The notes: generated by a model not told the origin, from the letters alone. A stretch of DNA of 18,839 nucleotides from an uncultured Deinococcales bacterium (GCA_964244895.1 CAXTKV010000033.1:1-18839), one strand, 5' to 3'. Numbered from the stretch's first letter, positions 1-9,011 are shown. Numbers and translations are program-made.

Positions 1-2
1 CA

Positions 3-509
3 GAGGGCTTTGAACGCGTCCTCTGCGGCGTCCGCGTGGCGGCGCGCGCTGGATCGGATCGTGAACTCGGCCTCCTCGATCAACTTGGCCTGCGTGCTCG
101 AGCCGAAACCCTTGAGCACCGCGACCCGGCCCGAGCGCGCCGCCTCGAGCAAACCGGGAATCGAATCGATACCCGCGTCCCACAGCACGCGAATCTTTTT
201 AGGCCCCAAGCCCCGAATCCGGAACAGTTCCAGCACGCCCGGCGGCACCAGGCTGCTCGCGTCCTCCAAGGGTCCAAACGAACCCGTCAAGGCGAACTCC
301 GTGATCTGCGGCGCGAGCTGCCCGCCCAGACCCGGCACGCCCGTCAGGCCGCGCTCGAGCGCCGCGCCCCAGTCGCCATCCCAGCGATCCAGCATCCGTT
401 CGGCCTTGCGGAAGGCCAGCACCCGGAATTCGTTTTCCCCCAGCAATTCCAGCACGTCCGCCGTGAGTCCCAACGCCCTGACCGCCTGTTTTTTCTCGAG
501 GGAATCCAC
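3..509 (-). CDS. polX: DNA polymerase X family (PolX/PHP-type), N-terminal part; continues beyond the window start
   Basis: Absent from the ORF track because it is open at the edge. Manual translation from GTG 509: VDSLEKKQAVRALGLTADVLELLGENEFRVLAFRKAERML...GVPGLGGQLAPQITEFALTGSFGPLE...PPGVLELFRIRGLGPKKIRVLWDAGIDSI...LKGFG. This shows the PolX 8-kDa domain and HhH motifs (GLGPKK, LKGFG). In-frame TAG at 519-521; TAGGCT -10 box 6 nt upstream of the GTG. Confidence 0.9.
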   Translation of the reverse strand, partial: MDSLEKKQAVRALGLTADVLELLGENEFRVLAFRKAERMLDRWDGDWGAALERGLTGVPGLGGQLAPQITEFALTGSFGPLEDASSLVPPGVLELFRIRGLGPKKIRVLWDAGIDSIPGLLEAARSGRVAVLKGFGSSTQAKLIEEAEFTIRSSARRHADAAEDAFKAL

Positions 510-515
510 ACCAGA

Positions 516-521
516 AGCCTA
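516..521 (-). promoter_or_regulatory. -10 box (TAGGCT) of a putative leaderless polX transcript
   Basis: TANNNT 6 nt before GTG 509, with no Shine-Dalgarno; the same geometry recurs at several genes in the window. Confidence 0.65.
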
Positions 522-530
522 TCAGAGCAG

Positions 531-694
531 ACCGTCCTGGACGCACAATCTATCTTGCGTCCTGGACGGTGTTTTTTAGTCAGGGGTCAGAGGGAAAGGC
601 AGGCGGCGTTCGCTCGGGTGTTGGTCTGAGGTCTCGAGAGACCGTTGTGGACGGTGTTTTTGAAACGCTCGAGATGCTGTACCAGACGGTGTTT
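531..694. repeat. Cluster of ACCGT-N5-ACGGT palindromic repeats
   Basis: accgtcctggacgca (531-545) and tgcgtcctggacggt (556-570) form an inverted pair (14/15). Further copies: accgttgtggacggtgtttt (641-660) and gctgtaccagacggtgttt (676-694). Confidence 0.85.
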
Positions 695-750
695 CGCTTG
701 ATGACCCAACGCGATCTTCGCCGTTCACCGCTGACTTCTGACTTCTGACC
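578..750. repeat. Inverted short heptamer tandem repeats (GTCAGRR / CTGACTT)
   Basis: agtcaggggtcagagg at 578-593 and ctgactt-ctgactt-ctgacc at 731-750 are in opposite orientation. Confidence 0.5.
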
Positions 751-754
751 GCCC

Positions 755-1447
755 CTAAAACCTGAACCGTCCGCGCAAGAAAACGTAAGAGCCGCTGGTG
801 TTCGCCAGGAAGCCACCGTTGTCGTAACCGCCCTCCAGAATCAGCGCGGTGCTGCTGTCCAGTCGGTAGATCAGGTTCAGGTACGGGTTGATGTAAAAGC
901 CCGCAAAGTCCGTGCCGATATTGGAACCGAACGCCACCGTCAGCGCCTCGAGCGCGTTGTAATCGCCTTCCAGGTAGAACGACAAAAACGGTGAGGGCGC
1001 AATCGGTTTGCCGTCAAAGTTGACGGTCAGATCGAATTCCGTACCCGCGTACACGCCGAAAGGGTCGCTGACGGTGTACGTCAGGTCAACACCGACCAGC
1101 GGCGTGACGTACAACCCGACCGGCGTCGGCAGCACGCGCACCAGGAAGTCCAGCGCGCCGAAAGCGCTGATTGACAGATCCGTCATCTCGAGCAGCGAGA
1201 GCGTGTACTTCGGGGTGGCGCGCAACGACAACCCGAAGGCGCTGCTGGCCGAGTTGTAGTTGACTCGCGCCTGAGCCGTCAGCGTCAGACCGTCCGCCAG
1301 GGTCGCGCTGTAGGCCAGCACACCGCGCACGCTGAAGGCTTGCGCGATCGGGCTGGTTCCGGCGCTGAGGGTCGCGGTGAAGCCGTCCGCCAGGGCGGGA
1401 CTGGCCAGGGTGACGGCCACGACCAGGGTGAGCAGCACTTTTTTCAT
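755..1447 (-). CDS. Secreted protein, predicted outer-membrane beta-barrel (230 aa)
   Basis: Start MKKVLLTLVVAVTLASPALA|DG (Sec signal) after a GGAGG RBS. Alternating hydrophobic/aromatic strands and a C-terminal ...YVFLRGRFRF ending in Phe (beta-signal). The ORF-track extension to 1675 runs through the promoter. Confidence 0.8.
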   Translation of the reverse strand: MKKVLLTLVVAVTLASPALADGFTATLSAGTSPIAQAFSVRGVLAYSATLADGLTLTAQARVNYNSASSAFGLSLRATPKYTLSLLEMTDLSISAFGALDFLVRVLPTPVGLYVTPLVGVDLTYTVSDPFGVYAGTEFDLTVNFDGKPIAPSPFLSFYLEGDYNALEALTVAFGSNIGTDFAGFYINPYLNLIYRLDSSTALILEGGYDNGGFLANTSGSYVFLRGRFRF

Positions 1448-1466
1448 CTCGTTCCTCCCGGTCGGG

Positions 1467-1495
1467 AGTGTAACGGGTTGGTCGGAGCCTGACAA
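1467..1495 (-). promoter_or_regulatory. Sigma70-type promoter of the beta-barrel gene
   Basis: Minus strand reads TTGTCA-N17-TACACT, then a short leader with GGAGG and ATG 1447. Confidence 0.75.
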
Positions 1496-1750
1496 GATTC
1501 GCGCGTTTCTGGCGCACATTCTCGAGCGTTGACCCGTGAGCATCGGACTCGCGAAAGATTTCTGCGCCTCGAGAACCCGCCGGAGCCTCGATGCGCTTTC
1601 AGGTGAACATCGTTGTGCAGCATGCCGCGCGCCAAGGTTTAAGCGTTCACCCCAGCTTTTCTCAAAGCCGAGCATCAGGATTTTCGCGCTGGACAGTATC
1701 TCGAGAACCCGGCCCGAGCACCGAGCGTCTTTCGTCGATCTTCAATCACC

Positions 1751-1807
1751 AACGCCGTCCAGCGCGAATGTCCCTGGAACGCGAAGAGCATCGTCCTGGA
1801 CGGCGTT
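1751..1807. repeat. Inverted doublet of the palindromic repeat family
   Basis: aacgccgtccag (1751-1762) is the exact reverse complement of ctggacggcgtt (1796-1807). Confidence 0.8.
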
Positions 1808-1857
1808 CCTCGCGGATTCAGAATTCAGGCTTCGCGCAAAAACGGTAGACTCCACCC

Positions 1858-2634
1858 ATGACCGAGACGAACCAGAAACACACGTCCCTGCGCGCGCTGA
1901 TCGCGTGGCTGGACGATTACTTGCAGATTCTCGCCTTCAAGGACCCGAGCCTGAACGGCCTGCAAATCGAAGGGCGCGACGAGATCAAACGGGTGGCCGT
2001 GGCGGTCGATTGCACGCTCGCCACGATCCAGGATGCGGTCAACGCCAAAGCGGATCTGTTGATCGTGCACCACGGCCTGTTCTGGCGCGATCCGGTCGCC
2101 CTGAGGGGCCCGATGGGGCGGCGCGTCAGAACCGCGATGGAAGCTGGACTCTCGATTTACGCCGCGCACCTGCCCTTGGACGCGCACCCGGAAGTCGGCA
2201 ACAACATCGTGCTGGCGCAGGCGCTGGCGCTCAAGGAGATTGAGCGCTTCGGGGAATACGACGGCCAGCCCATCGGTTTCAAAGGCCGCTTGCCCGTGCC
2301 CATCAGCCTTCAGGACTTGGCGGACAATATTCAGAAAACCACCGGGGAAATCTGCCTGGTTCACGGTGGCGGCCCGGCCATGATCAGAACCATCGGCATC
2401 ATCTCCGGCGGTGCGGCGGGGGAAATTCCGGCGGCATCAGCGGCTGGCCTGGACGCCTTCATCACGGGCGAACCCAGCCACGCGCATTTCGCTGATCCCT
2501 TCGAGTACGGCGTGAACGCGATCTTCTGCGGGCATTACGAGAGCGAAGTCTTCGGCGTGCGCGCCCTGGGCGTCAAGCTCGAGGACACCTTCGGTTTGCC
2601 GTGGCAGTTTTTGCACCTGCCGACCGGGCTTTGA
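1858..2634 (+). CDS. Nif3-like dinuclear metal center hexameric protein (YbgI/GTP cyclohydrolase 1 type 2 homolog)
   Basis: Motifs D..NGLQIEG, IVHHGLFW, YAAHLPLDAHPEVGNN, FITGE, GHYESE. TAGACT -10 box at 1846-1851, 6 nt before ATG. Confidence 0.95.
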   Translation: MTETNQKHTSLRALIAWLDDYLQILAFKDPSLNGLQIEGRDEIKRVAVAVDCTLATIQDAVNAKADLLIVHHGLFWRDPVALRGPMGRRVRTAMEAGLSIYAAHLPLDAHPEVGNNIVLAQALALKEIERFGEYDGQPIGFKGRLPVPISLQDLADNIQKTTGEICLVHGGGPAMIRTIGIISGGAAGEIPAASAAGLDAFITGEPSHAHFADPFEYGVNAIFCGHYESEVFGVRALGVKLEDTFGLPWQFLHLPTGL

Positions 2635-2663
2635 GCCCTCTGGGGTTCGACTCGAGCCTCATC

Positions 2664-2713
2664 AGAACATCGTCCAGCACGCGTTCTTAAACTCGCGTGC
2701 TGGACGATGTTCT
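2664..2713. terminator. Perfect 20-bp hairpin made of two repeat-family units; probable bidirectional terminator
   Basis: agaacatcgtccagcacgcg (2664-2683), 10-nt loop, cgcgtgctggacgatgttct (2694-2713), then an A-run (U-tract on the minus strand). It lies between convergent genes. Confidence 0.7.
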
Positions 2714-2743
2714 AAAAAAGCGCGATCGTGTGGCCCCGAACGA

Positions 2744-2869
2744 TCAACCCCCGTGCAATTGTCGCACCAGCCCCAATAGGTTCAGCGTGTGCGCGGTGTA
2801 GCCGAGTGCGCCCAGCACGACCAGAACGAAGGCGGTGGTGATGATTTTTCTTTTTGTGGCGTGACTCAT
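2744..2869 (-). CDS. Small membrane peptide (41 aa), downstream of the ABC permease
   Basis: AGGAG RBS then ATG: MSHATKRKIITTAFVLVVLGALGYTAHTLNLLGLVRQLHGG*. Basic N-terminus plus one hydrophobic helix; below the ORF-track size cutoff. Confidence 0.7.
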   Translation of the reverse strand: MSHATKRKIITTAFVLVVLGALGYTAHTLNLLGLVRQLHGG

Positions 2870-2933
2870 GGTGATCTCCTGTCAACGTCTCGAGCGATGG
2901 TGTACTCGAGATGTCCCGTGTTCGATGTTCGCT

Positions 2934-5345
2934 TTACAGGTACGCGAGGGTTTCACGGATCGTCAGCCGCGAGGCCGTCCACGCCGGGTACGCGCTCGCT
3001 GCGATGGAGCCGATCACGATCACGCCGAACCAGATGAGCAGCGCTGAAGGCGCGACCGTCAGCGCCAGCGGAAACCGGAACGCCAGCGATCCGACCAGAT
3101 TGCCGATCGCATACGAAAGCGGTAGGGAAAGCGGCACCGCGATCAGCCAGCTCAGCAGCCCAATCGACAGGCCCTCGGAGATCACGTTGCGCAGAACCGT
3201 GCCACTTCGAGCGCCGATGGTGCGCATGATGCCGAATTCTCTCGTGCGTTCGATCACGCTGGTGCTCATGGCGGACATCAATCCCAGACCGCCGACCAGG
3301 GCCATCAGGGCCGCCATGGCGATCAGCGCGAAGATCAGGATGTAGACGTGACCGTTCAATGCGGCGTCGAGTTTCGTTTCCGAGACGTTGATGCTGACGC
3401 CGATCCCGGCTCGCTCGAGCGCCTGCTCCGCTCGAGCGCCAACACCGTTCAGGTCGTGATTCTCGAGCACGATCCGCACGGCGTTGATACGCGAACCAGT
3501 GCCGATCGCTCGGTCGAACCCCTCGGGCGTGACGTAGGCGCTGGCGGGCGCGATCAACTCTCGGGCGACACCGACGAGTTTGAAGCTCGCCAGTTTTCCG
3601 CCCAGACTGAGCCTGACCTGATCGCCAATTTTGAGCGTCCCAAAGAACGCTTTGGCCGAATGGTTGAGCACGACGGCGTTCGTATCGCCCGGCTTCAGCC
3701 AGCGCCCCGCGATCAGGCTGAGCTGAATCAAGGTGCTGTTCGCGGGCAGTGAACGCAGCGTGAAGCTGCCGTGACCGCCATCCGGGTAGGTTCGCAGGAT
3801 CTCGAGGTGATCGGGGCGGGTCACGGCGGCGGGCGTGCGGTTCCAGGCTTCGAGGGCGCGGACACCGGGAACCGTCTTCAGGGCATCTCGAACGCGCTCG
3901 AGCGACTCGAAGCGGTTGAAACGAATTTCAGCGTCGTAATGCCGATCTCGGGCCGCTTCCCCGAGCGTGCGCTCCCAGCCCGCCTCGACGTTCAGGCTGG
4001 TCAAGAACATCGCGCCCGCCGAGGCGAGCAGGCCGAGCGTCAAGAGCAACCGTCCTCGACGCCGGAAGGTGTTGCGAAGGGCCATCAGAAGCGTGCCGTC
4101 CAGCCCACGAATCCGGGCCAGCAGCGCATCGAGGGAGCCAGCACCGAACGCCCTGCGATTCACGCCCACGTCGTCCAGCGCCTGCCGAACCGTCGTGCGC
4201 GTCGCCGCCAGCACCGGCACGAGCGCGATCAGCACCGGTGCGACGATGCCCGAGGCGGTCTGTACGAGAAACACCCAAGCCGGAATCGCATCGCTGGTGA
4301 TGTCGAAGTTCAGCAATTCACCGATCACGCTCGAGAGGCTGCGAGCGGCGAAAAGGCTCAAAGGCAGCGCGATCACCGTGGCACTCAGGCCGATCAACCC
4401 GATCAGCGCGAGGTACATGCCAGCGATCTGCGAGGTGCGAGCCCCGACGGTTTTCATCACGCCGATCTGTCGGATTTGCTGGCCCAGCAGCGCGGCGATG
4501 GTGTTGGCGACCAGCACTGCGCTCAAGAACAGCGCCAATGCGCTGAACAGCGAGAGCATCGTCAGGATCGTGGCCATCTGCGTCTGGTGCGGGTGCATTC
4601 CGGGCGGCGGAATGCGAATCTGTTCCACGTTGCGCCCGTGTTGCCGCAACCAAAGACTCAAACGACCGACCGCACCCTCGATGGCCTTCACGTCTTGCGG
4701 CTGGTCACGAACGATCACTTTGAGGATCTGCAAGTCTCGCCCTTCGCCGAGTTTCTCGAGCGTGGCGGGCGTGGTGTACGCCCAGGCGGTCTGTTCCTGA
4801 CTTGCGGGCGCGAGGCCCGGATCGTGAACTGTCCCCGAAATCTGCACGGGTTGGCTCGAGCCGTGGGGCGTCTGCACGGCCAACACGTCACCCACGCTGG
4901 CCTCGATCAGCCTCAACGCCTGACGCTCGAGCAGGATGGTTCCGGTCGGTGGCGGCCACGCACCGGATTCGGGTTTGAAGGTGTTGATCTCGAGCGCTTT
5001 GAAGTCCGGGATCACGAACAGCAACAGCGGCATCCACTCGCCGGAAGTCAGTTTGATCTTGGCGAGCACGGTTGAGCTGGCTTCGGCGGCGGCGATCTCT
5101 GGCTGTTGGCGAACCGCATTCACCAGCGCCGAATCCACGCGATCCAACTCGAGTTGGGCGCTCGCCGGGTTGGTGCTCCGGTAATTGACGCGTATCTCGC
5201 GGGTCAAAATGCTGAACGCCCCGAGGATCACGCCGACCCCGAACAGTCCGGCGGCGATGGCCAGCACCATCATCAGGATGCGGCCCTGCGCGGCTTGCAA
5301 ATCGCCCAGCAACTTGCGCCAACGCGGGCTGATCGAACCCATCAT
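2934..5345 (-). CDS. ABC transporter permease, duplicated MacB/FtsX type (about 803 aa)
   Basis: Two FtsX-type repeats ([28 protein letters not shown]), each preceded by a periplasmic domain; typical end [17 protein letters not shown]. Start overlaps the ATPase stop (ATGA). Confidence 0.92.
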   Translation of the reverse strand: MMGSISPRWRKLLGDLQAAQGRILMMVLAIAAGLFGVGVILGAFSILTREIRVNYRSTNPASAQLELDRVDSALVNAVRQQPEIAAAEASSTVLAKIKLTSGEWMPLLLFVIPDFKALEINTFKPESGAWPPPTGTILLERQALRLIEASVGDVLAVQTPHGSSQPVQISGTVHDPGLAPASQEQTAWAYTTPATLEKLGEGRDLQILKVIVRDQPQDVKAIEGAVGRLSLWLRQHGRNVEQIRIPPPGMHPHQTQMATILTMLSLFSALALFLSAVLVANTIAALLGQQIRQIGVMKTVGARTSQIAGMYLALIGLIGLSATVIALPLSLFAARSLSSVIGELLNFDITSDAIPAWVFLVQTASGIVAPVLIALVPVLAATRTTVRQALDDVGVNRRAFGAGSLDALLARIRGLDGTLLMALRNTFRRRGRLLLTLGLLASAGAMFLTSLNVEAGWERTLGEAARDRHYDAEIRFNRFESLERVRDALKTVPGVRALEAWNRTPAAVTRPDHLEILRTYPDGGHGSFTLRSLPANSTLIQLSLIAGRWLKPGDTNAVVLNHSAKAFFGTLKIGDQVRLSLGGKLASFKLVGVARELIAPASAYVTPEGFDRAIGTGSRINAVRIVLENHDLNGVGARAEQALERAGIGVSINVSETKLDAALNGHVYILIFALIAMAALMALVGGLGLMSAMSTSVIERTREFGIMRTIGARSGTVLRNVISEGLSIGLLSWLIAVPLSLPLSYAIGNLVGSLAFRFPLALTVAPSALLIWFGVIVIGSIAASAYPAWTASRLTIRETLAYL

Positions 5346-6118
5346 CGCGTCACCTCGAGCCCCGATGGTCGCGCCGCCTCAGTCAAGAGAATCCCATCCG
5401 CCAGGATGATCGAGCGCGTGAAGTAACGGCTGAAATCGCGTTCGTGCGTGACCATCACGACGGTTTTACCTTCGCGCACGAGCCTTTGAAAAAGCTCCAT
5501 CACGTCCTCGGAAGTTCTCGAGTCGAGGTTGCCGGTCGGTTCGTCCGCCACCAGAATCGGCGGGTCGTTGGCGAGCGCTCGGGCGATGGCGGCGCGCTGC
5601 TGCTGACCGCCGGACAGGTCGGTGGGGAGCTTGTCGGCCTGCTCCGCGATGCCGAGTTTCTCGAGCAGCGACAGGGCTCGTGCCCGGCGCGCGCTTTGCG
5701 GATAGGTGTTGCAAAAATCCATCGGCAGCATCACGTTTTCAACGATGGTCAGGGTCGGCAGCAACTGGAAGAACTGGAAGATCACGCCCACAAACTTGCC
5801 GCGCCAGACGGCGAGTTGCTCCTGGTTGAGGGCGTGGATCGGGCTTCCGGCGACCATCACCTCGCCAGAAGTTGGGCTGTCGATCCCGGTGATGACGTTG
5901 ATCAGCGTGGATTTGCCGCTGCCGGACTTGCCGACGACCGCGACGAGTTCGCCCCGTGAAACCTCCAAACTGATGTCTTGAAGGGCGCTGAAGTCTCCCG
6001 TGGGCATCGGGTAGGTCTTGCAGACGTTCTTGAGGGCGATCAGCGGTTGCCCTCGGGCTGTCGAATGCTGATCGGCGTTGTGTTGAGACGGCTCTTTGAT
6101 GGATCGAAGATCCTGCAT
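5342..6118 (-). CDS. ABC transporter ATP-binding protein, LolD/MacB family
   Basis: Walker [10 protein letters not shown], signature [29 protein letters not shown]. Confidence 0.95.
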   Translation of the reverse strand: MQDLRSIKEPSQHNADQHSTARGQPLIALKNVCKTYPMPTGDFSALQDISLEVSRGELVAVVGKSGSGKSTLINVITGIDSPTSGEVMVAGSPIHALNQEQLAVWRGKFVGVIFQFFQLLPTLTIVENVMLPMDFCNTYPQSARRARALSLLEKLGIAEQADKLPTDLSGGQQQRAAIARALANDPPILVADEPTGNLDSRTSEDVMELFQRLVREGKTVVMVTHERDFSRYFTRSIILADGILLTEAARPSGLEVTR

Positions 6119-6154
6119 GGGTGATCCTTTCGCGGTCGGGTTTGACCTGCACCG

Positions 6155-6171
6155 AGGCTAGGATCTAGCTT
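6155..6171. promoter_or_regulatory. Back-to-back -10 boxes / palindrome in the divergent ABC-regulator gap
   Basis: aggctag-gat-ctagctt: TAGCTT (+, 6166-6171, 6 nt before ATG 6178) and TAGCCT (-, 6155-6160). Confidence 0.5.
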
Positions 6172-6177
6172 GTACGA

Positions 6178-6852
6178 ATGCTCAAAGGTTTTCGTAGTAG
6201 CCGTCTGCTCGAGCTCTCCGATCCGATCCGCGCCGCCGCATTGCTCGAGCCGAACACGTTGCGCTTCCTCACGCCGTTCATCGCCCGAACCCGCTCCGCC
6301 GATCAGGTCGCGCGCGAACTCGGGATCAGCTTGAACACGTTGCTCTACCAGATCAGACGCCTGATGGAACTCGGTTTTCTCGAGCTGGTCGAGGAAATTC
6401 CTCGCCGGGGGCGCGGTATCAAACGCTATCGGGCCAGCGCCGACGCGTTTTTCATCCCGTTCGAGGCCACGCATTTTGCAACACCCGAGGACATGCTCTT
6501 GCGCGAGTACGAGCCGTTGTACCGACGTTTCCTGGCCAGCTTTCTCGAGGCCGCCATGCAGATGGTCAACCTGAAAACCGCGCGCGATTTCGGGATGTGC
6601 GTCTCGCGCGACGACGACGGTCAGCTCAGCCTGCGCCACGGTCCGCACCCGTTGAAACCCATCGCGATCAACCCGCTCGAGCCGCACGCCCCGGCGATTG
6701 TGATCGACTGGGGGGATCAGTTGCGACTCGATTTCGAGGACGCCAAAGCCATGCAACTCGAGATGCTCGAACTGCTCGAGCGCTACCGCGCCAAGGACGG
6801 CAGCGGGTCGTACATCGCGCACGTGGCGCTCGCACCGATGAAAAAGAATTGA
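6178..6852 (+). CDS. Winged helix-turn-helix (ArsR-like) transcriptional regulator
   Basis: SADQVARELGISLNTLLYQIRRLMELGFLELVEEIPRRGRGIKRYRASA is an HTH plus wing. C-terminal LRLDFEDAKAMQLEMLELLERY resembles Deinococcus-type ArsR-like regulators. Confidence 0.85.
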   Translation: MLKGFRSSRLLELSDPIRAAALLEPNTLRFLTPFIARTRSADQVARELGISLNTLLYQIRRLMELGFLELVEEIPRRGRGIKRYRASADAFFIPFEATHFATPEDMLLREYEPLYRRFLASFLEAAMQMVNLKTARDFGMCVSRDDDGQLSLRHGPHPLKPIAINPLEPHAPAIVIDWGDQLRLDFEDAKAMQLEMLELLERYRAKDGSGSYIAHVALAPMKKN

Positions 6853-6914
6853 TCGGGTGGGGCTGGTCGTCCAGCTCGAGGCTCCAGAACCGTGTTCAGC
6901 CTCTGGCAGGAGCG

Positions 6915-7128
6915 CAAAACCGTCACACACGGCAGAGGATGCGTGTGTGACGATCGTACTGTCATTCCGGTACGACTGAACGAACCTTCTCGAGAGCTGC
7001 CAAAAAATGCGTGCGATTGAATCTCGAGTGAGCAGTGCCCTTCAAAGGGCGAACAGGCCTTTCACCCCTGCGAGAACCTTGAAACACCGTCCTGGACGCG
7101 GGATTGCGAACACGTCCCGAACGGTATT
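6915..7128. repeat. Palindromic repeat doublets between the regulator and tmk
   Basis: cgtcacacacg (6921-6931) and cgtgtgtgacg (6942-6952) form a perfect 11-bp stem. Also aaacaccgtcctggacgcg (7082-7100) and cgtcccgaacggtatt (7113-7128). Confidence 0.75.
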
Positions 7129-7186
7129 CTCGAGTCGGGCTGCGTCCAGTCGGAACGCCTGACGGACAGGTTTATACTCTGCGCCG

Positions 7187-7825
7187 ATGCCAGGAATCTT
7201 CATCACCTTCGAGGGCCCGGAAGGCGCGGGCAAGAGCACCCAGGCCAGGCGGCTCGTGGCCAGCCTAGAGGCGGCGGGTCATGCGGTGCTGTCGACGCGC
7301 GAACCGGGCGGCACGCCCTTGGGGGATCGGGTGCGCCAGATCGTCTTGCTGGAACCCGACCTCGAGATCGCGCCCGTGGCGGAATTCTTGTTGTACAGCG
7401 CGTCCCGCACCCAGATCGTGCGCGACGTGATCCGGCCAGCGCTGGACGATAACAAGGCCGTGATTGTCGATCGGTACTCGGATTCGACGCTGGCCTACCA
7501 GGGTTACGGGCGCGGCCTGAACCTGGATTTTCTGCGCGAGGTCACCTGGGAGGCCACGGGCGGATTGCGACCGCACATCACGGTGCTGCTCGATCTCGAT
7601 CCAGAAATTGGGCTGCGCCGCGCCGCGCAGACGGGCGCGCTGGATCGGCTCGAGCGCGCCGATCTGGGCTTTCACCGCCGCGTTCGGGCTGGGTTTCTGG
7701 AACTCGCCCAACTGGAACCGGAACGGTTTCTGATCGTGGACGCGCTCGAGCACCCCGACGCGATCAGTCAGGTGATCCTGGCGGCGGTTTCTGGTGCGCT
7801 GGACGGGCCTGGATTGGTGATCTGA
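7187..7825 (+). CDS. tmk: Thymidylate kinase (dTMP kinase)
   Basis: FITFEGPEGAGKSTQ P-loop, TREPGGT, VIVDRYSDSTLAYQGYGRG. TACTCT -10 box at 7175-7180, 6 nt before ATG. Confidence 0.97.
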   Translation: MPGIFITFEGPEGAGKSTQARRLVASLEAAGHAVLSTREPGGTPLGDRVRQIVLLEPDLEIAPVAEFLLYSASRTQIVRDVIRPALDDNKAVIVDRYSDSTLAYQGYGRGLNLDFLREVTWEATGGLRPHITVLLDLDPEIGLRRAAQTGALDRLERADLGFHRRVRAGFLELAQLEPERFLIVDALEHPDAISQVILAAVSGALDGPGLVI

Positions 7826-7832
7826 GCTGGGC

Positions 7833-7886
7833 AGACCGTCTGGGACGCGTATTTCTCGGATCAAAGATTCGCGTCCTGGACGGTCT
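7833..7886. repeat. Inverted doublet of the palindromic repeat family directly after tmk
   Basis: agaccgtctgggacgcg (7833-7849) versus cgcgtcctggacggtct (7870-7886), 15/17 complementary. Confidence 0.8.
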
Positions 7887-7967
7887 TCGCCCGGACTCAA
7901 GGTTTCGTGAACGAAACTTGTACGCAGCCTGCAACAGAGGCCTGACCCGCTCGGTTACACTTTGCTC

Positions 7968-8753
7968 GTGAAACCTTTCCGCCTGATTCCCGTCGCTCTC
8001 GCGCTGGCTGGCGCGTGGCTGGCCGTCTGGAACGCGAACGCCGCGCAGGGCAGCCTGCCGACCTTCGGTTACACCACCCTCAAGGTTTACCCGCACGACA
8101 CGCGCGCCTTCACCGAAGGGCTGGTGTACTTCGATGGCGCGCTGTTCGAAAGCGTCGGATTGAACGGGCAGTCCGACCTGCGCAAGGTCGATCTCGAGAG
8201 CGGCAAGGTGCTTCAGCGCGAGATCGTGCCAGCGCAGTATTTTGCCGAAGGGCTGACGCTGGTCGGCAACAAATTGATTCAACTGACCTGGCAGACCAAA
8301 AAAGGCTTCGTCTACGACCGCGACAGCTTCAAACAGCTCAAAACCTTCACCTACCCGACCGAGGGCTGGGGACTGACCTACGACGGCAAACGCCTGATCA
8401 TGTCGGATGGCACCTCGACGCTGTACTTTCTGGATCCGCTGACCCAACGGCGTCTGGGCAGCGTCAACGTGACCGGGCCGGACGGCCCCGTACTGAACCT
8501 GAACGAACTCGAGTTTATCGATGGTCAGGTCTACGCCAACGTCTGGCAGACGGATCGGATCGTGCGGATCGACCCGCGCACCGGCAAGGTCACGGCCCTG
8601 ATCGACCTGACCGGATTGCTGCCGCGCACCGACATGACGGCGGGTGCGGACGTGCTGAACGGCATCGCCTACGACGAGAAGGGCAAACGATTGTTCGTGA
8701 CGGGCAAATTCTGGCCGTTCGTGTTTCAGATCAGCCTCGTACCGAAATCCTGA
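7968..8753 (+). CDS. Glutaminyl-peptide cyclotransferase (plant/bacterial beta-propeller type), exported
   Basis: YPHD..AFTEGL, YFAEGLT, QLTW, EGWGLT, MSDGTS, LNELE, YANVW, DVLNGIAYD, LFVTGK.WP; N-terminal signal peptide. Start set at GTG 7968 because TACACT (7956-7961) is 6 nt upstream. Confidence 0.93.
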   Translation: MKPFRLIPVALALAGAWLAVWNANAAQGSLPTFGYTTLKVYPHDTRAFTEGLVYFDGALFESVGLNGQSDLRKVDLESGKVLQREIVPAQYFAEGLTLVGNKLIQLTWQTKKGFVYDRDSFKQLKTFTYPTEGWGLTYDGKRLIMSDGTSTLYFLDPLTQRRLGSVNVTGPDGPVLNLNELEFIDGQVYANVWQTDRIVRIDPRTGKVTALIDLTGLLPRTDMTAGADVLNGIAYDEKGKRLFVTGKFWPFVFQISLVPKS

Positions 8754-8815
8754 TACTCGAGGGTTGAAGCCCGAACCGGGACGGGCGTTCGTGGGCGAGC
8801 TTTGAATTTTCTCTG

Positions 8816-8903
8816 CATCGTCCAGGACGAGTCAATGCTCGAGAACACCGTCCCGAACGACGTTCCCGAGATCCAATAAACACCATCTGGGACGGTGTTT
8901 ATT
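8816..8903. repeat. Three copies of the palindromic repeat family
   Basis: catcgtccaggacga (from 8816), aacaccgtcccgaacgacgtt (from 8844), aataaacaccatctgggacggtgtttatt (8875-8903, near-perfect palindrome). Confidence 0.85.
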
Positions 8904-9011
8904 CAGGGTCACCGCAAAGCACGTCGGGTACGCAAAAACGCTTAACGAAAGCGCTTCCGTCACGTCCCTCACGATATTCAACGGATTCGTGCTTAAAATA
9001 AAGCGATCACC

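Noticed and set aside
10..629. Plus-strand ORFs 10..579 and 36..629
   Set aside because: Antisense shadows of the minus-strand polX frame (3..509), which has clear family motifs
1448..1675. N-terminal extensions in the ORF track (also lutA to 15459, lutB to 14468, lutC to 12585, ung to 17485, TSUP to 18726)
   Set aside because: They run through promoters, repeats or other genes; internal starts with an SD or a leaderless -10 box fit better
2642..2653. GGGGTTCGACTC, resembling a tRNA T-arm
   Set aside because: The stem does not close and there is no cloverleaf or acceptor stem; upstream sequence is Nif3 coding DNA
3348..5981. Long plus-strand ORFs (e.g. 3771..5075, 434 aa) opposite the ABC genes; similar ORFs opposite tmk, SPOR, lutAB and ung
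   Set aside because: Typical high-GC antisense or alternative-frame ORFs with no motifs, fully overlapping well-supported genes
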